Shown here: piece after piece, positions 62,831-64,000 of the stretch
Layout of the letters: each line of letters starts with the position of its first letter
How positions within the stretch are numbered: the stretch's first letter is position 1
Assembly: GCF_008831285.2 (NCBI RefSeq)
Contig: NC_045138.2
Location: forward strand, 23,808,001-23,872,000
Direction: 5' to 3'
DNA: 64,000 nucleotides
Origin: Nymphaea colorata
Lineage: Eukaryota
Position numbers and translations under genes: made by a program
Notes under the pieces: model-generated
What the model was told of the DNA's origin: nothing
The model's database searches: none
The model's input: only the letters and a program-made list of their open reading frames with translations

Positions 62831-64000
62831 AGGGAAGAGCACGGACTGTTGCCTCCTTCCCCTCCAGGAGAAACAGGGCACACCTGCTGCGATACCCTGT
62901 TCCATCGCCGCTGCGACACCCTGTTCCAACGCCGTCTGAAACAAGGTGAGTTTTTCTCTACCTTTTTCTGTTTTCAGTTGCTGTGTTTTTCTGATTTTGG
63001 TTGCTGCGTTTTTCTGATTTTGGTTGCTGCCCACTTCGTCGCATGATACACCTTTTTTCAGTTTTACTATTGAAAGATGTACATTCAATTTGCAAAAGAC
63101 AAACTACATAATGACTGTCGATTTTCAGTTTTCTGTAACTTTCTCGATTCAATACAATAGAAACCCGCTGTTCTTTTTTCATCTGAAGATTGGTTTTGTT
63201 GGTTAAATGGAAAATTCAGAACGGACTAATGGTTATGTGATTTGTTGTTAAAAAGATAGTACGTTAAAATAAGGGTTGAGGTTTCAGAAAGCAGCGAACA
63301 GTGAACAAGAAGAAGAGAAATCCAATTTTTTAAAGCAGATCTCAATGTAACTACAGTATGGAGGATTGGAGCATGGTAATAGTGAATGTGAAAGCCTGTT
63401 TAAAATCTTGCAATGTTTGCAATGACCATATAATTGTCGAAAGAAAACTGGTATTGCAAAGTGCAACAGTCAATCTTTTCTTTATTCTTAGACGGTGAGG
63501 GGACTAGTGTTCTGGCCGTGGTGATTTAACCTCACACAGTCGGCCCCTCAACAAGTTTAAAACTTTGATTAGCCTTTGGACACTGATCTAAACATTTAAC
63601 CTCTTGACAGTCACCAAACATCCCACATGATGTGGCTTTTTGAAAACTGTTCATCAAGATGGTTGTTGTTGCTGGTGTAAGCAGATTGATGTTAGTTTAA
63701 ACACTAGATTGGTGTTAGGAATGCATTTAGAAGTAGTTGAATGTAGCATATGTGGACTAAATATATGATCTTGGCAGGCTTGTAAGCTTGTGGACGATGG
63801 TGCCAACCATGAAATTTGTGGTTTTGGTATCCTTCTGTATTAGGAGTCCATAACAGCATGTAACCCGATCTGCAATTTCTTTTTTTTTTTTTTGGAAAAA
63901 AATGTGCGTGAATCTTTTCCTGTGCTCAGAAAGGAAAAGGCTTTGCCAATGCTTTGTACCTTCAAGCGACCAATGCACATGTCACAGTTGTAGGCTTGAC

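Noticed and set aside
1..64000. tRNA, rRNA or conserved miRNA genes, and species identity
   Set aside because: None recognised by eye; TGGTATCAGAGC motifs are retrotransposon PBSs, not tRNA genes. The species cannot be established without a search.

Overview
Plant (angiosperm) nuclear DNA with two recognisable protein-coding genes, both on the + strand. (1) The 3' ten exons of an Xaa-Pro aminopeptidase (aminopeptidase P, M24B family, APP2-like), 311-28434; its 5' exons lie upstream of the window. Its introns are expanded by transposons: an 11-kb intron holds a nest of five Ty1/copia-type LTR-retrotransposon pieces in both orientations, and a 5.4-kb intron holds a second nest from related families. 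(2) A compact 12-exon TIME FOR COFFEE (TIC) circadian-clock gene, 47381 to about 53377, with two short upstream ORFs and an apparent 1-nt frameshift in a G run that cuts off the conserved C-terminal motif. Intergenic DNA contains a near-perfect 6 x 304-bp tandem array, hAT-type and foldback MITEs, degenerate direct repeats, microsatellites, a degenerate L1 LINE ORF1 and a possible spliced minus-strand non-coding or pseudogene transcript. All family assignments come from motif recognition by eye; no searches were run. I see no convincing wholly new biological system. The best leads are the TIC frameshift and uORFs, the inverted LTR pairs around aminopeptidase exons, and the 304-bp array.
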